Assembly (NCBI RefSeq): GCF_001194135.2
Contig: NC_068988.1
Span: 4,235,456 to 4,299,455, forward strand
Direction: 5' to 3'
DNA from: Octopus bimaculoides
Taxonomy: Eukaryota
DNA: 64,000 nt
Below are positions 25,713 to 37,527 of the stretch, piece by piece. How positions within the stretch are numbered: the first letter of the stretch is position 1; the number at the start of each line of letters is the position of its first letter. A model generated the notes under the pieces. That model was not told where the DNA came from. It did no database searches and worked only from the letters and a program-made list of their open reading frames with translations. The translations under genes were made by a program, and so were the position numbers.

Positions 25713-27399
25713 ATCAATGTTGTTTGCAAACCCACTCACCTGTATATTTGTAGTTGGATAGGAATCTTTCATTCTTATGTAGCTCCAACCATGAAATTTA
25801 AAAGGAATTTTAACTCAGAACCTTAACAGTCAGAAGAGATATAACTCAAAACAACTAATCCAATATTTTGGACTAGTCTACCAATCAACTTCCCTCAATT
25901 CTACTTTATTTATTAACTCCAACATGATGAAAGGTAAAATTGGCCTTGATTGGATTTGAAATCAGATTGCAGGGATCCAGAACAAATGATATCATTCTAC
26001 TGAACATTATAATAACTCCGCCAATATAGATGAATTTATGTTCATTTCCTTGTATATATACACAACAGACTAAAAACTGATATTGTTGTTTATATTGTAT
26101 TTCATAACTTAACATTTTGACAAATAGAAATCTCTTAAACCAACAGGTGAGATTGAAATAAGAACTGGGGTCAGACAAAACACTGCAAAATATTTTGGAC
26201 AGTCAGACTACCAGTAAATGAATGGAATTGGTAAAAAAGTGATATACTAATAAGATTAATTCACTCAACTATAAATGTCTTCTGTAAAAGATAAGATGAA
26301 TACATAATTAACAAAAATTAATATTGTATTTTAATAAGTTTAACATAGAAGAATAAAACTTTGCTTAACATAAAATAGAGTTTAGTAAAGTTTTAACATA
26401 GAAAGTAAAAGTAAAAGATATTCTCTAAAAAGAAGTTTATTATCATATCTTATCTTTATTATCATCTGTTTATCATGAAATCTCGTCAGTCTTGAATATC
26501 AAATGTTAATGAAATTAATTGTATTCTTCTGTGTTTTTATAGTTTTGGCTTAGATACGACATTAGTAAAATAATTCAAGTTTGGTAAGTTTGAATATTTC
26601 AGTGGTGACCTACTAAGATGTCAATTTGAAGAGTGTATTGATAATGTTAAGACAGATAGATTCTCATAAAACCATGAAAACTAAAAATGAAGAGATATAT
26701 CACAGAAGAGAAAGGAAAAATAAAATACAATAAAAAAATTAAAAAGAAAAGTAATGATAAATGAAAATTGATTTCTGTAGTGAGTGAAACAAGACTTCAA
26801 CACTTCCTTTTTATTACTATTGTCATCTAGAAGCTATTTGAAGTGTTATCAAGATAGAAAATTGTAGAAGATGATGTCAAAAAATAAAAACCAATATACC
26901 ACCCCACCTAATAGCAATAAATTAAAAAAAAAAAAAAGAAATTAAACAGACATCTCTTTATTTTCAATGGCTCTGCTGTTCTCTTGCTCTGCACGTTTTG
27001 CAATGCTTTTCTTTATCACTTGTCAATATTGCTTCATGACTTCTGAACAAGCTATTGTTGAAGGCTGCACTTGAAAACGAAAATCTCTTTCTAGCATCTA
27101 CACTCTTAAATCAGGTAAAACATTCTTTACTATTTGGCTCCAAAACACAACTCTGATACTGAATACGCTACACACACACACACACACGCACACATATATA
27201 TACAGGCATTGTATACTAGTGTGTAAGAGAGTGTAATGGTTTTTGTGAATATAGAAAACTGATAGCAGACTAGTAATTTTTTTTTTTTTTTTCAGCTATT
27301 AATCTCATGTTTTGTATTGCCTATCAATGAAGACGTCATTTTTGTATTGTCATCTCTTCTCATGCAATGGTTTTTCACTTATGTATTATTTTGTTTCAG

Positions 27400-27473
27400 A
27401 TATAATTGAACCTACACCCTTTACTTCTGTTGTCGCTGTATCATGGCTGATCGCTCTAATGTAATCCTGTTTT
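27400..27473 (+). other. Candidate spliced exon (may contain a start codon: MADRSNVILF)
   Basis: Strong acceptor (tattattttgtttcag) and donor (gtaagt); tcATGG context. No homology recognised. Confidence 0.3.
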
Positions 27474-27771
27474 GTAAGTCTTCAATTTTTTTTTTTTTTA
27501 TCATAACATTTAAGTAATGATCACTAAACTTAGCCCTAATGGCTTCTACCACACTAAGAGCTACTAATATCAGTTGTTGTATTACCTAAACTTTACTTTT
27601 CGTGAATTCATCTTCATTATAATCTCATTATAATCTCAACTATATTTCATCTACAACGGAGCTAAAAAGAGATTTATGGTTGGGTAAGCTGATAAATACA
27701 ACTGCTATAAAGTAATAACATTATTTGAATATTTTATATGGTTGTATAAATATGTGTGTGTGTATGAGTGA

Positions 27772-27773
<2 letters not shown>

Positions 27774-27842
<69 letters not shown>
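27774..27842. repeat. (TA)n microsatellite
   Basis: Direct reading. Confidence 0.95.
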
Positions 27843-27850
<8 letters not shown>

Positions 27851-28224
27851 TATATACATATTTATATTTATATTTACGGGTTAATATTTATATTACTTCC
27901 TAATGTATTAACGTACATATGTGTGTGTACGTGTGTTTGTGTGGGTATATATATATTCCTTCCATATCAGCTATCTCTTATGAGCATAAGGTTATATAAT
28001 CGGATTGTTACCTAACACTCCATTGTATCCCAAGTGCAAAACCGATTGGTAATATCAGCCATGATGGATAGTTAATACTGTACATTTATTTTCCTTTGCC
28101 AAATAAACACATGCACTATATATTTGTCAAATGTGACAAATGTAGAGAAGAAATTAGCAGTTAGAACACACAAAATAACAGTTTGTGATGATTTTTCAGC
28201 TCCAATAAAACATTATATTTTACT

Positions 28225-28600
28225 TGTTTCACTCATTGGACTGTGGCCATGCTGAAGCAGTGCCTTGAAGGATTTACTCAAATAAATTGATAACAGTATA
28301 TATTTATTAAGTCTAGTACTTATTCTATCAGTCTTTTCTTGCCAAACCACTAAGTTACAGGGACATAAACAAACCAGCACCAGTTATCCAGTGGTAGTGG
28401 AGTGACAAACATCAACACACACACACATATATATTTAAGGCAGGCTTACACATAGTTTCTGTCTACCAAATTTACTTGCAAGGGAGTGATTGGCTTGGGG
28501 CCAGTCGAAGACACTTGCCCAAAGTGTCATAATGTGGGACAGAACCTGAAACAATGCGATTGCAAATCAAGCTTCTTAACTGCACAGCCATGTCTGCATC
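28225..28600 (-). mobile_element. Adjacent SINE family C (28225-28420) and family A (28440-28600) copies
   Basis: Match 36455-36640 and 36680-36843 respectively. Confidence 0.75.
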
Positions 28601-29315
28601 TATTTCATACATACTTAAGTGTGTGTGTGTGTGTGTGTGTATGATATATGTTATGTGTATAAATATAAATTTATATATACACGCACACATGAACATATAA
28701 ACGTGTGTATGAGATGTTTATCTTTAATAAATATCTTTTGAATTCAGGATTATATTCTTGTTTTACCATTTTTTGTTTTTCATATTTCCTTCCCTGTCCT
28801 TTGTGTTTTGTCATGAAATTCACAAATTTCATGTTTATATCCGCTACTGTAAATAATATCATTCTTCAGTTTATTATTGAGAAGCTGGCAGACTTATGGT
28901 TTGTAACAAAGAAATGCTTAATTAATTATTTTTTCCTACTAATATGTTATTGAATTTTGTTTATGAAGGTGTGAATGTTGGAGTTCTATTTTTGATGTGT
29001 TTTTGACTGTGAAATACATGAATGGATTCAGCTCAATGGTTTAGCACCAGAACAGCTCTGACTTAGCTGACCTATAATCAGAAATATTCCATCTATGATG
29101 ATCCCTTCTTTTATTAAGGCACCAAGTATCTATGTCATCCAATGCAGCCTTGATATTAGTTTGTTTCAGATAGTTGTGTAAGATTTAACCTGTTTTTAAC
29201 CATATTTCTGTTGGAATACACTACTTTTGTTTCATACGGTTCCATATCTAAGAGATGAAGAATTATGTACATTATTTACAATTGACGGCTATTTGTCCTC
29301 ATCTTGTTTGTTGTA

Positions 29316-29358
29316 AACACGTTTCAGCTGATATACCCTCCAGCCCTCATCAGGTGTC
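29316..29358 (-). ncRNA. Hammerhead ribozyme motif, left arm (3' side partly deleted)
   Basis: Reverse complement reads GACAC-CTGATGA-G-GGCTG-gagggtatat-CAGCT-GAAAC-GTGTTT. Confidence 0.6.
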
Positions 29359-29611
29359 TTGGGGAAATGTCGAACCTGGGTTCTCATTCCTAAGGTGTTT
29401 TTTGATGTTATTATTATTATTATTATTATTATAATGCAGGTCTCTGCCTGGAATCGAACTTGGAATCAATAGCTCGTGCTCTTAACCACTATGCCATATG
29501 CCCGTGGACATATGGCATAGTGGTTCGATTTCAGGCAGTGACCTGAATAATAATAATAATAACATCGAAAAATACCTTAGGAATGTGAACCCAGGTTCAA
29601 AATTTCCCTAA

Positions 29612-29657
29612 GACACCTGATGAAGGCTGGTGGGTATATTGGCCGAAACGTTGTGTT
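29612..29657 (+). ncRNA. Minimal type I hammerhead ribozyme motif, right arm
   Basis: GACAC-CTGATGA-A-GGCTG-(loop)-TGGCC-GAAAC-GTT-GTGTT: intact CUGAUGA and GAAA core, stems I and II pair, self-complementary AACGTT in place of stem III. Confidence 0.78.
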
Positions 29658-31581
29658 AACAACAAACAAGATGAGGACAAATATCTGTCAAATGTAAATA
29701 ATATACATAACGTACTTTTGTTTCAATTAATGAAGAATTTAGGGAAAAAAATAACTTTGTCATTATTAAGTTGGTGTTTGGAACATTAACATGAAATTTT
29801 GTTGGAAGATTTTAATTTAGATAATTTTAAAATAAGACTTTGGTATCACAAGACCAGAGCTAACCTCAAGAGGAGTGGCATCAAAAGAATTAAGGGAAAT
29901 TTGGCTATTATATCTGGTAGGTCAAGCAAAGTTTCTTTCATTGATTTGCTGTAGTTTTAATGCTGTGTTTGTTTTACTTACTGCTTTATCTCATGTGTTG
30001 TTACATAATTTTGGTCTATAAAATTATTTCACTCTCCATTACTGACAATCATTATTTTTATTCATTTTCATTTAGCCTTTCTTTTTTTTGTATAATAGAA
30101 AATGCAAAAAGACTCTTAAAAATCTCATGAAACAAAACCTAACATTTATTAGACCCAATCAAACTCACTGAAATTAAAAATATAATTAACAATAAACCGG
30201 AAACATGCAAGCTGCTGAATAATCTTTAGACGTTTGACGTTATTGATAAATTCAGATGCAAACAATGGCGTTTTAAACATCATGACTGTCATACAGGACA
30301 TAGAGGTACCTTTTAACTGGCTGAGCATGCAAGCAGAAGACAGGCCCACTGCAACACATTACATAACATGATATAAAAAGAAACAAGTTAACAAAACGAA
30401 AAACATTATTTGATAATAACTACTACATACAACATGGCGAAAAAAGATTAATAGTAAAAAGTAATGCAAATCTCACCACTCAGATATGGTACCCTAGCAA
30501 TTATTGAACATAAAAACGCCATAATAGACTACATACTGACAAGTAATAAAACCATGTTTCAATAACCAGATAATTTAAATTTCAGAGATAATAAATGAGA
30601 AATATAGACAGCAGCTTTGGCATGATTCTAGCAGACAATAAAATTAGCAAAAATACCATCCACTAAAAATACTCTCATCCAGAAGACAGAATAGGAAATA
30701 TCTTGAAGAGAAAACAGGGATGTTCTTAAAATGTATTTAAACAAAAGAAAATTGCATCGTACAAAGAAGAAAATATTTTTTAAATTGTTTAGAAAATAAT
30801 GTTTAGGAAAACTTGTTTTGAGTTATACAAACATGAACTAAGATAGCCACCATCCATTGATCACTGTGAAAAAAGTTACCATCGATTAAATTGACCCCAA
30901 TAATTTACTGGTACATATTTTATCAATGGAAGGAAACACAAAGTTAATCTCAGCTGTACTCATAATGAGACATGACTAAAATCACAAGATATTTTGAATG
31001 TTGCTCTGTTGATTCAGTTATTCAGTGGCACCCACTCCGTGAATGGTCTTTAAATGTTAAACATAAACATTTGGGTACATATTTTAGTGAGAGAACAACA
31101 GGAAAACCTTAGACCCGCTATTGTAGTTATTTTCTTAATAGAGAAAAATCAATGGATGCAGGCCACAACTTTACATCAAGGTTGCTGAAATTTTACAAAG
31201 GTACATCAATGTAATAACATAAGAGTCTATAACCTTTCCTTAAAACAATTATCAATAAATATAATTATTTTTAAACTTATCAGACAAATTGTATTATGCA
31301 TTGATATTTATTGTTAATTTTAAATGTAAGTATATGAAATACAAACTGAATGGAAAAACAACTTGAGCCGATTGTATTGTGCAATGGTGCTCACTATTAT
31401 TCTAAATATCACATGGACAGATGTTTGTAGTTATTTCATAATTAGGTATTATTATTTTCTTAATTTAGACTACTTACTAATTAAAATTAAAATTTTATTA
31501 AATACCATCTTAAAATATAAAACTAAATAAACTGAAACGAATTTTGTCAATTAATGTGTAATTAATGCAGCTGTGTAAATA

Positions 31582-31999
31582 TATTAGTCTCAAATTTGGG
31601 CACAAGACCAGCAATTTCAGGGGAGGGGGTAAGTTACTTACACTGACCCCAGTGCTCAACCCTGAAAGGATGAAAGGCAAAGTCGACCTTGACAGAATTT
31701 GAACTCAGAGCATAAAAAGATGGATGAAATGTTGCAAAGCATTTCACCCGGTGTGCTAATGATTCTTATTTCTTTATTTCGCACAAGGGGCTAAACATAG
31801 AGGGGACAAACAAGGACAGACAAAGGAATTAAGTCGATTACATCGACCCAGTCTGTAACTGGTACTTAATTTATTAACCCCGAAAGGATGAAAGGCAAAG
31901 TTGACCTCAGCGGAATTTGAACTCAGAACGTAACAGCAGACAAAATACTACTAGGCATTTAGCCCAGCGTGCTAACGATTCTGCCAGCTCTCCACCTTA
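31582..31999 (-). mobile_element. Dimeric family D SINE with 14-bp TSD
   Basis: Two tandem units of ...gaaaggatgaaaggcaaagt(c/t)gacct...gaatttgaactcag; CAGCTGTGTAAATA at 31568-31581 and 32000-32013. Confidence 0.85.
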
Positions 32000-32299
32000 C
32001 AGCTGTGTAAATAGAGAAAATTGTTTTTGAATATATATTTTCTTACAGTAAAAATGTATGCTAAATACTTGTCACATCCTTTAAAACATTTTACATTGGT
32101 ATTCATTGCATTCCTATTATCATCATCTTTTCAGAGTTTGGTTGAATTAAGTACCAGTTCAGAGCAAAAGAGTTATGAGGTATTCTAATCCTTCTTAGTT
32201 ATGGAAGCAGAACCTAGAATTATTTATAGGTCTAGCAGTAAATTTATCAATGACAAATGTGTTAACAAGAAAGAATACAAAAGTCTCCTTCCGTATGTG

Positions 32300-32960
32300 A
32301 AATTACTATTCTCGGTATGCAGAAATGGTGTAGCTAAACATTTCTATTAATTGAACTCTGTGTAAAACCATGGACACAAGGAATGTGCAGACATCACACA
32401 CAGGTAACGGAGAATGGATTTCATGCATAGCAAAAGTATAGGAGTACTTAGTAGTAGGAGCACTCATGGAATATATACCTTCAGGTGTGAAGAAGGGTCT
32501 ATTGATAGCTTCTGGTACCCAGGAAACATATTTATTATTAGAAGTGGAGGTTCCAAAAGTGTGGTTAAAATAAGAACAAGATCGTAGCATTGAGGAGTTA
32601 TTTCCACAGCTGATAACAAATGGATTGTTTCTTCAAGTAAAGGGCAGACTGTATGAAGTAAGGTAATGCATAATAGTAAAATATAGGATTTGATTAAGGA
32701 TGTATACTGGTTTGAATGAAATGAGGCAAGGAGACCCTGCTGGATGTGTAAAGTTATTGTGACTGAAGAACTTGACAAAAGCGAGTGGAGAGAAAAACTT
32801 TTAGAGGAATCAAATGAAATGTTCAAAAGAGACTTGATTGCACTGGTAGAAACGACTGATGTATATAATGGATAACATTTGAAAAAAGAAATGCCAAGTG
32901 GGAGGAAGAAACTTGCAAAGGACAAAGAATGAAGGAAGGCAGCAAAATTGGAGGCAGCTG
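32300..32960 (+). mobile_element. RTE-like LINE RT C-terminal fragment
   Basis: Remnants IDSFWYPG (cf. VD.F.YLG) and ITNGLFLQVKGRLYE (cf. T.GLSLRVKGRLY); many stops. Confidence 0.72.
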
Positions 32961-33199
32961 GTTTCAGTAGACTGAATGCTCACATTCATGCACGTATAAA
33001 TCAGAAAGTGGTTAGAGTTGGGACATTTACAGCTGTGGTTGGCTTTTGTTTGAACAAAAATATATTCTGCTAGCATTTGTAATTAAATTTTTCATCCTTA
33101 ATTAATTGAAACTGGAATATCATTTTAAGCATATTGAAAGTGAAATAACTAATGTTTATAAATATATATATATTTGTGAAAGCATGCTGGGCTCATAAA

Positions 33200-33500
33200 T
33201 GAGGGTGCATGGATTAGTGGTTAGGGTCACAATTGCTAGATTGTGATTTCAATTCTTAGGCTGGGTGGTGTGTTGTGTTCTTGAGTAAAACACTTCATGT
33301 CACTGTGATCACTGGGATCATGCTCTGTGATCACTTTCACACCTGACACGTGGTTCACGATGAACCTGTTCAGACAACATCGATTTGGTAGGGATGGTGA
33401 GCTAATGTGCAACACGAACATTTGATCACTATAAACAAATCATTTGTGCAGGTCATTCAGCAAAAGCTGAATGCTCATACATCATCTTTGATGGCAGACT
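33200..33500 (+). mobile_element. tRNA-derived SINE (family F) ending at (TA)n
   Basis: A-box-like tggattagtggttaggg and B-box-like tgatttcaattc, followed by gttcttgagtaaaacact as in the family E head. Confidence 0.6.
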
Positions 33501-33503
33501 CCA

Positions 33504-33551
<48 letters not shown>

Positions 33552-35399
33552 TTTAGTATAAATAAATATATCAATAAATATTTTTGTAGATTCTTAATGT
33601 CCTGATATTCAAAAATTTTTTAAACTATTTTAAAAATGCTTAGTAAAAGTTGAAGTGCCGTTCAAGGCAATCCATGTTTAAACAGTGTTTCAGCACTCTC
33701 AGCAAATGTCCAAAAGATTATTTGTCTATTCTTCCAAAACAAAATTAAATATTTTATTTAGAACTAAATAAACTTGTGTCCTGTGAATGGCATCAAACAT
33801 TATTCATGATCCAAGACAAACTCCTAGAAAGTCTGACTAGGTACCGTGGACAGGTATCATTCATTGTTCAAAAAAGAACAAGAGAAGTTATCACCACTGG
33901 AATTGATGAAGGATTCACAAGAATGAAATACAAATTTTAAATCCTTTTTAATGGTATCAACAGAACATTGCTCGCAATAGTTTCAAGCTAATACTGAATT
34001 CTTGTTTCATATTATTAAATAGATTGAAAGAAAACTGAAAACTAATGGTGCCACTCATGATCAACATTTCCAGGTGTAGTGGCTCTTATCATCAAACATT
34101 AATAGTCAACATAATAGTTAAATGTATTATTAACATAATAGACAATGACATATTTGTGGTGGAAATAAAGTCCAGTTTTATAAACTGGTATCCTAATAGT
34201 GTACTATAAGCTGAGCCATTTTATTGTCCCCCACTATCAGTCATGGTTTGGGGACATATAGGTTCCATCAGGCTGTGAAGATGCCAGAGAATAGGAGATT
34301 TATTAACCAAAAGGTTAATAAACAATTGTCAATGGTCAAGTCAATCAGGTAAGAGACAATCAATTGAGAGGTCAGTGGTTCATATCATGTTAGTGGTAGT
34401 CTGTACAGTAACCGTTTTTATGACATGTTAAAACTCATTCCACCCTGCTGAAAGTATCAGAAAGTCTGAGAAGACGAAATCTATTCTCTGCTGTGACTAA
34501 GAGAAACAGTAACACTACTAAGTGTTTCAATGAATTTCAATACTGACTTCAATTCCATCTTTGGATATGGCCTGAGATATATATTTGTTCGCATTTAACA
34601 TAGTAGTAGCTATGGTTACCAACCCATCGATAACAATGCAAAAAGATTTTGGAATTATAAAAGGAGGCAAAAAATAAAAATTTAAAAAACAGTAGAAATA
34701 GAATAAGTCTCTCTTGGTGGAAACTATAAACAACCTTCTTTAAAAAAATATTTTACAATCACTAGTCTCTGATGGTCAACAATCAATTAATACATGGTGA
34801 ACATTTATTTTGTTTTTTATCTTTGTTTTTCTTTTTTTTTTTAATATTTTCAGCCAGAGAGAAAGAATTTGTATAATTGTTACGTATCTTAACCTTTGTT
34901 TTGTTTCATTTTGTTTTGAAGGAATGGTTTCTTTTCAATGTATTCTTTGGAAAATGGATATCACTTTGTGTCTTACAATGATTGTAGTAATTATTTCTTG
35001 CTTGATGTTGACTGTTCTGGCTGTTTGCTTTTTTTGTTTATTTGTTTTGGTTATGCTTTCTGACTCACCCAGCTAATTGTAGGCTCTCGTTTCTCATATT
35101 CATGCTGCAATGACACTGATTGAACAATTTCACAGTTTTTGTTTGGTTTACAACTATGATAATATTGATTAATACTTGATCTTCATTGCTGATGCTTGCA
35201 CATACACATACAGGTACATACATGAATACATACACGCACAAATACACATAACATACACACATAAATATGTAAATAAGCTCATATACAAACACAAGTGCAT
35301 AGATATATATGCATATTGACACACACACACACATATGTACACACACACAGACACACACACACATATATGTATGGTGAATTTCAATTTGCATCAAAGGAA

Positions 35400-35890
35400 G
35401 ACAATCATTGATTATTAAAAGAATTGCACTTTTGATAGTGGCTCTTTAAGTCTGCTAGGATCCTACATGTCTTCAGGCAGGCCTCACAAAGCTGTGTGCA
35501 TGCCCTTCAGCGCTATCACTTTTTAGACACCAATCAGTTTGCAAAACTTGCCACATCAACAACTTTTTATCCAATTTTTTATGATGAACACATTGTCGTC
35601 AATATTTTGTTTGACCTGAAGATTTCATTTTCTACACGTGAACCAACCCTTGAAACAACACCAAGAGCCATAAATATCACAGACAAAATTTTATTTTTCG
35701 GATACAGTTTGCAAATTGATATGTTTGTTTTCAAACACATTATTTATATTCTTCATGGGAAATACAACTTTTTCAAATACATGAGCACCATTTTTAACCA
35801 GTTTTCTCCATTGGTGACAGTGTGGGAAATTATGTCTTTGCCTGTTGAATGTTTTGCAAATCTTCTCAAGAATAAAAATATAAAACAATC
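35400..35890 (-). pseudogene. Possible PIF/Harbinger-like transposase relic
   Basis: Broken frames FNRQRHNFPHC...GAHV...HINLQTVSE and GSRVENEIFRSN loosely follow the F.FP.C..AIDG.H / SINLQ.V.D / GS..D..IF order. Weak. Confidence 0.3.
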
Positions 35891-36454
35891 ATCCATTCAT
35901 TAACATTAAAACTGTATTAATGATAAAATATGAAAACATTAAAATACTATGCATTTTTTCTTGTGAATAGACAAAAATGTTTTTTTAGTTTATGTATGGT
36001 GGTTAAATAGATGAATATGTGATGCATTGCTAATGGTATATTTTGTTGTTGTTTCTTTGTCTGTTGCTGATTTTGTTTTTGTTGCTTTTTTTGTTTTGGA
36101 AACCAATCAAATCTTAAAGATACTATGATGTGTTTATTAATATTTTTGCTTATATATTGTCATGCTACTCCTTCAATTGTTTATTAATTTGGAACTTGAA
36201 ACTCAAAACAATGATTCAAGAAAATTTCAGCTTCTAAAATAGTGTAAAGATCAGGAACATCAGGTATTGAGTTCATGATTTTTCATCTGTAAACACAAAC
36301 ATTCAATAATACATATTTTTATATATATACATGGATATGGCACCTTGGCAAGTGTCTTCTACTACAGCCTTGAGCCAACCAAAGCTTTGTGAGTGGATTT
36401 AGTAAACAGAGACTGAAAGAAGCGTATCATACACACACATTCTTTTCTTTTATT

Positions 36455-36640
36455 TGTTTCAGTCATTTGACTGCAGCCATGCTGGAGCACCACCTTTAAT
36501 CGAACAAATCGACCCCAGGACTTATTCGTTGTAAGCCTAGTACTTGTTCTATCGGTTTCATTTGCCAAACTGCTAAGTTACGAGGCATAAACACACCAAC
36601 ATCAATTGTCAAACGATGGTGGGGGGACAAACACCAACAC
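36455..36640 (-). mobile_element. SINE family C copy
   Basis: tttcagtcatttgactgcagccatgctggagcaccacc...gaccccaggacttatt; recurs at 39225, 43930, 53905, 28225 and 38385. Confidence 0.85.
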
Positions 36641-36679
36641 ACAAACATATATATTTATATTTATATATATATATATATA

Positions 36680-36843
36680 CACGATGGGCTTCTTTCAGTT
36701 TCCATCTACCAAATCCACTCACAAGGCTTTGGTCTGCCCAAGGCTATAGTAGAAGACACTTACCCAAAGTGCCACGCAGTTGGACTGAACCCGGAACTAT
36801 GTGGTTGGTAAGCAAGCTACTTACCAGACAGCCACTCCTGTGC
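36680..36843 (-). mobile_element. tRNA-derived SINE family A copy
   Basis: Reverse complement of the copy at 52157-52305. Confidence 0.85.
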
Positions 36844-37433
36844 CTATATATATCTTTACAACAGAAATGTTTAACAACTGAGCAACCTTGAAATCTTGCA
36901 AGAAATCTTAAATATTATTACTTTATTGCTGAAAGAAAAGAGAAAAATGATACTGCTCACTTGACCCTAAATAGAAATGTTCTTTGGAAATATTAGAGAA
37001 ACCAATAAAAGAAAATAGAAACTGTTGTATCTAATATCAAATATCTCTTTATTTTATCATAAAATTGTTGCATATATTTCTCCCCTTTTCACAGTTTTGC
37101 AACAAAAATTTTAAAAAGCTAAGACAAAAATCTTATCTTGTTCAGTTGGTCTGCATTAAAAGTCTTCAATATTTTGCAGTTAAGTAGAAATAAGGGAGCA
37201 GGCATTATTGATTGAACAGCCAACGTTTAGAAACAAGAGAGAAGGCAAAATTCTAACCTCGCAGTTCTATAATGTAAACATTGTAACAAGAATATAAAAA
37301 AATATGAAAAAAAAACATTATTGATTATAGAGCTTTTGTTATAAAGGAATTGATCTACTTGCATTAATATGCATATGCATACCTCTATCTTTTGATATAT
37401 ATGTTTGTGTGTATATGTGTGTACATGTGTGTA

Positions 37434-37435
<2 letters not shown>

Positions 37436-37525
<90 letters not shown>
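37436..37525. repeat. (GT)n microsatellite followed by a decayed family A SINE (37530-37690)
   Basis: Direct reading. Confidence 0.9.

Positions 37526-37527
<2 letters not shown>

Larger units (their letters stand above)
29235..29712. mobile_element. Palindromic head-to-head tRNA-head/(AAT)n/hammerhead SINE-like element with 13-bp TSD
   Basis: Arms are reverse complements about a centre near 29503. A boxes at 29486-29496 (-) and 29513-29523 (+); B box GTTCGATTCC at 29450-29459 (-). TACTTTTGTTTCA is repeated at 29222-29234 and 29713-29725. Confidence 0.9.

Noticed and set aside
29440-29545. Possible genuine tRNA genes (also 52157, 63009, 48345)
   Set aside because: A/B boxes are present, but there is no complete cloverleaf or acceptor stem, and each head runs into SINE body sequence.
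35496-35903. 135-aa plus-strand ORF as a real gene
   Set aside because: Composition is typical of an antisense or AT-rich open frame, with no domain recognised. Retained only as a possible minus-strand relic.
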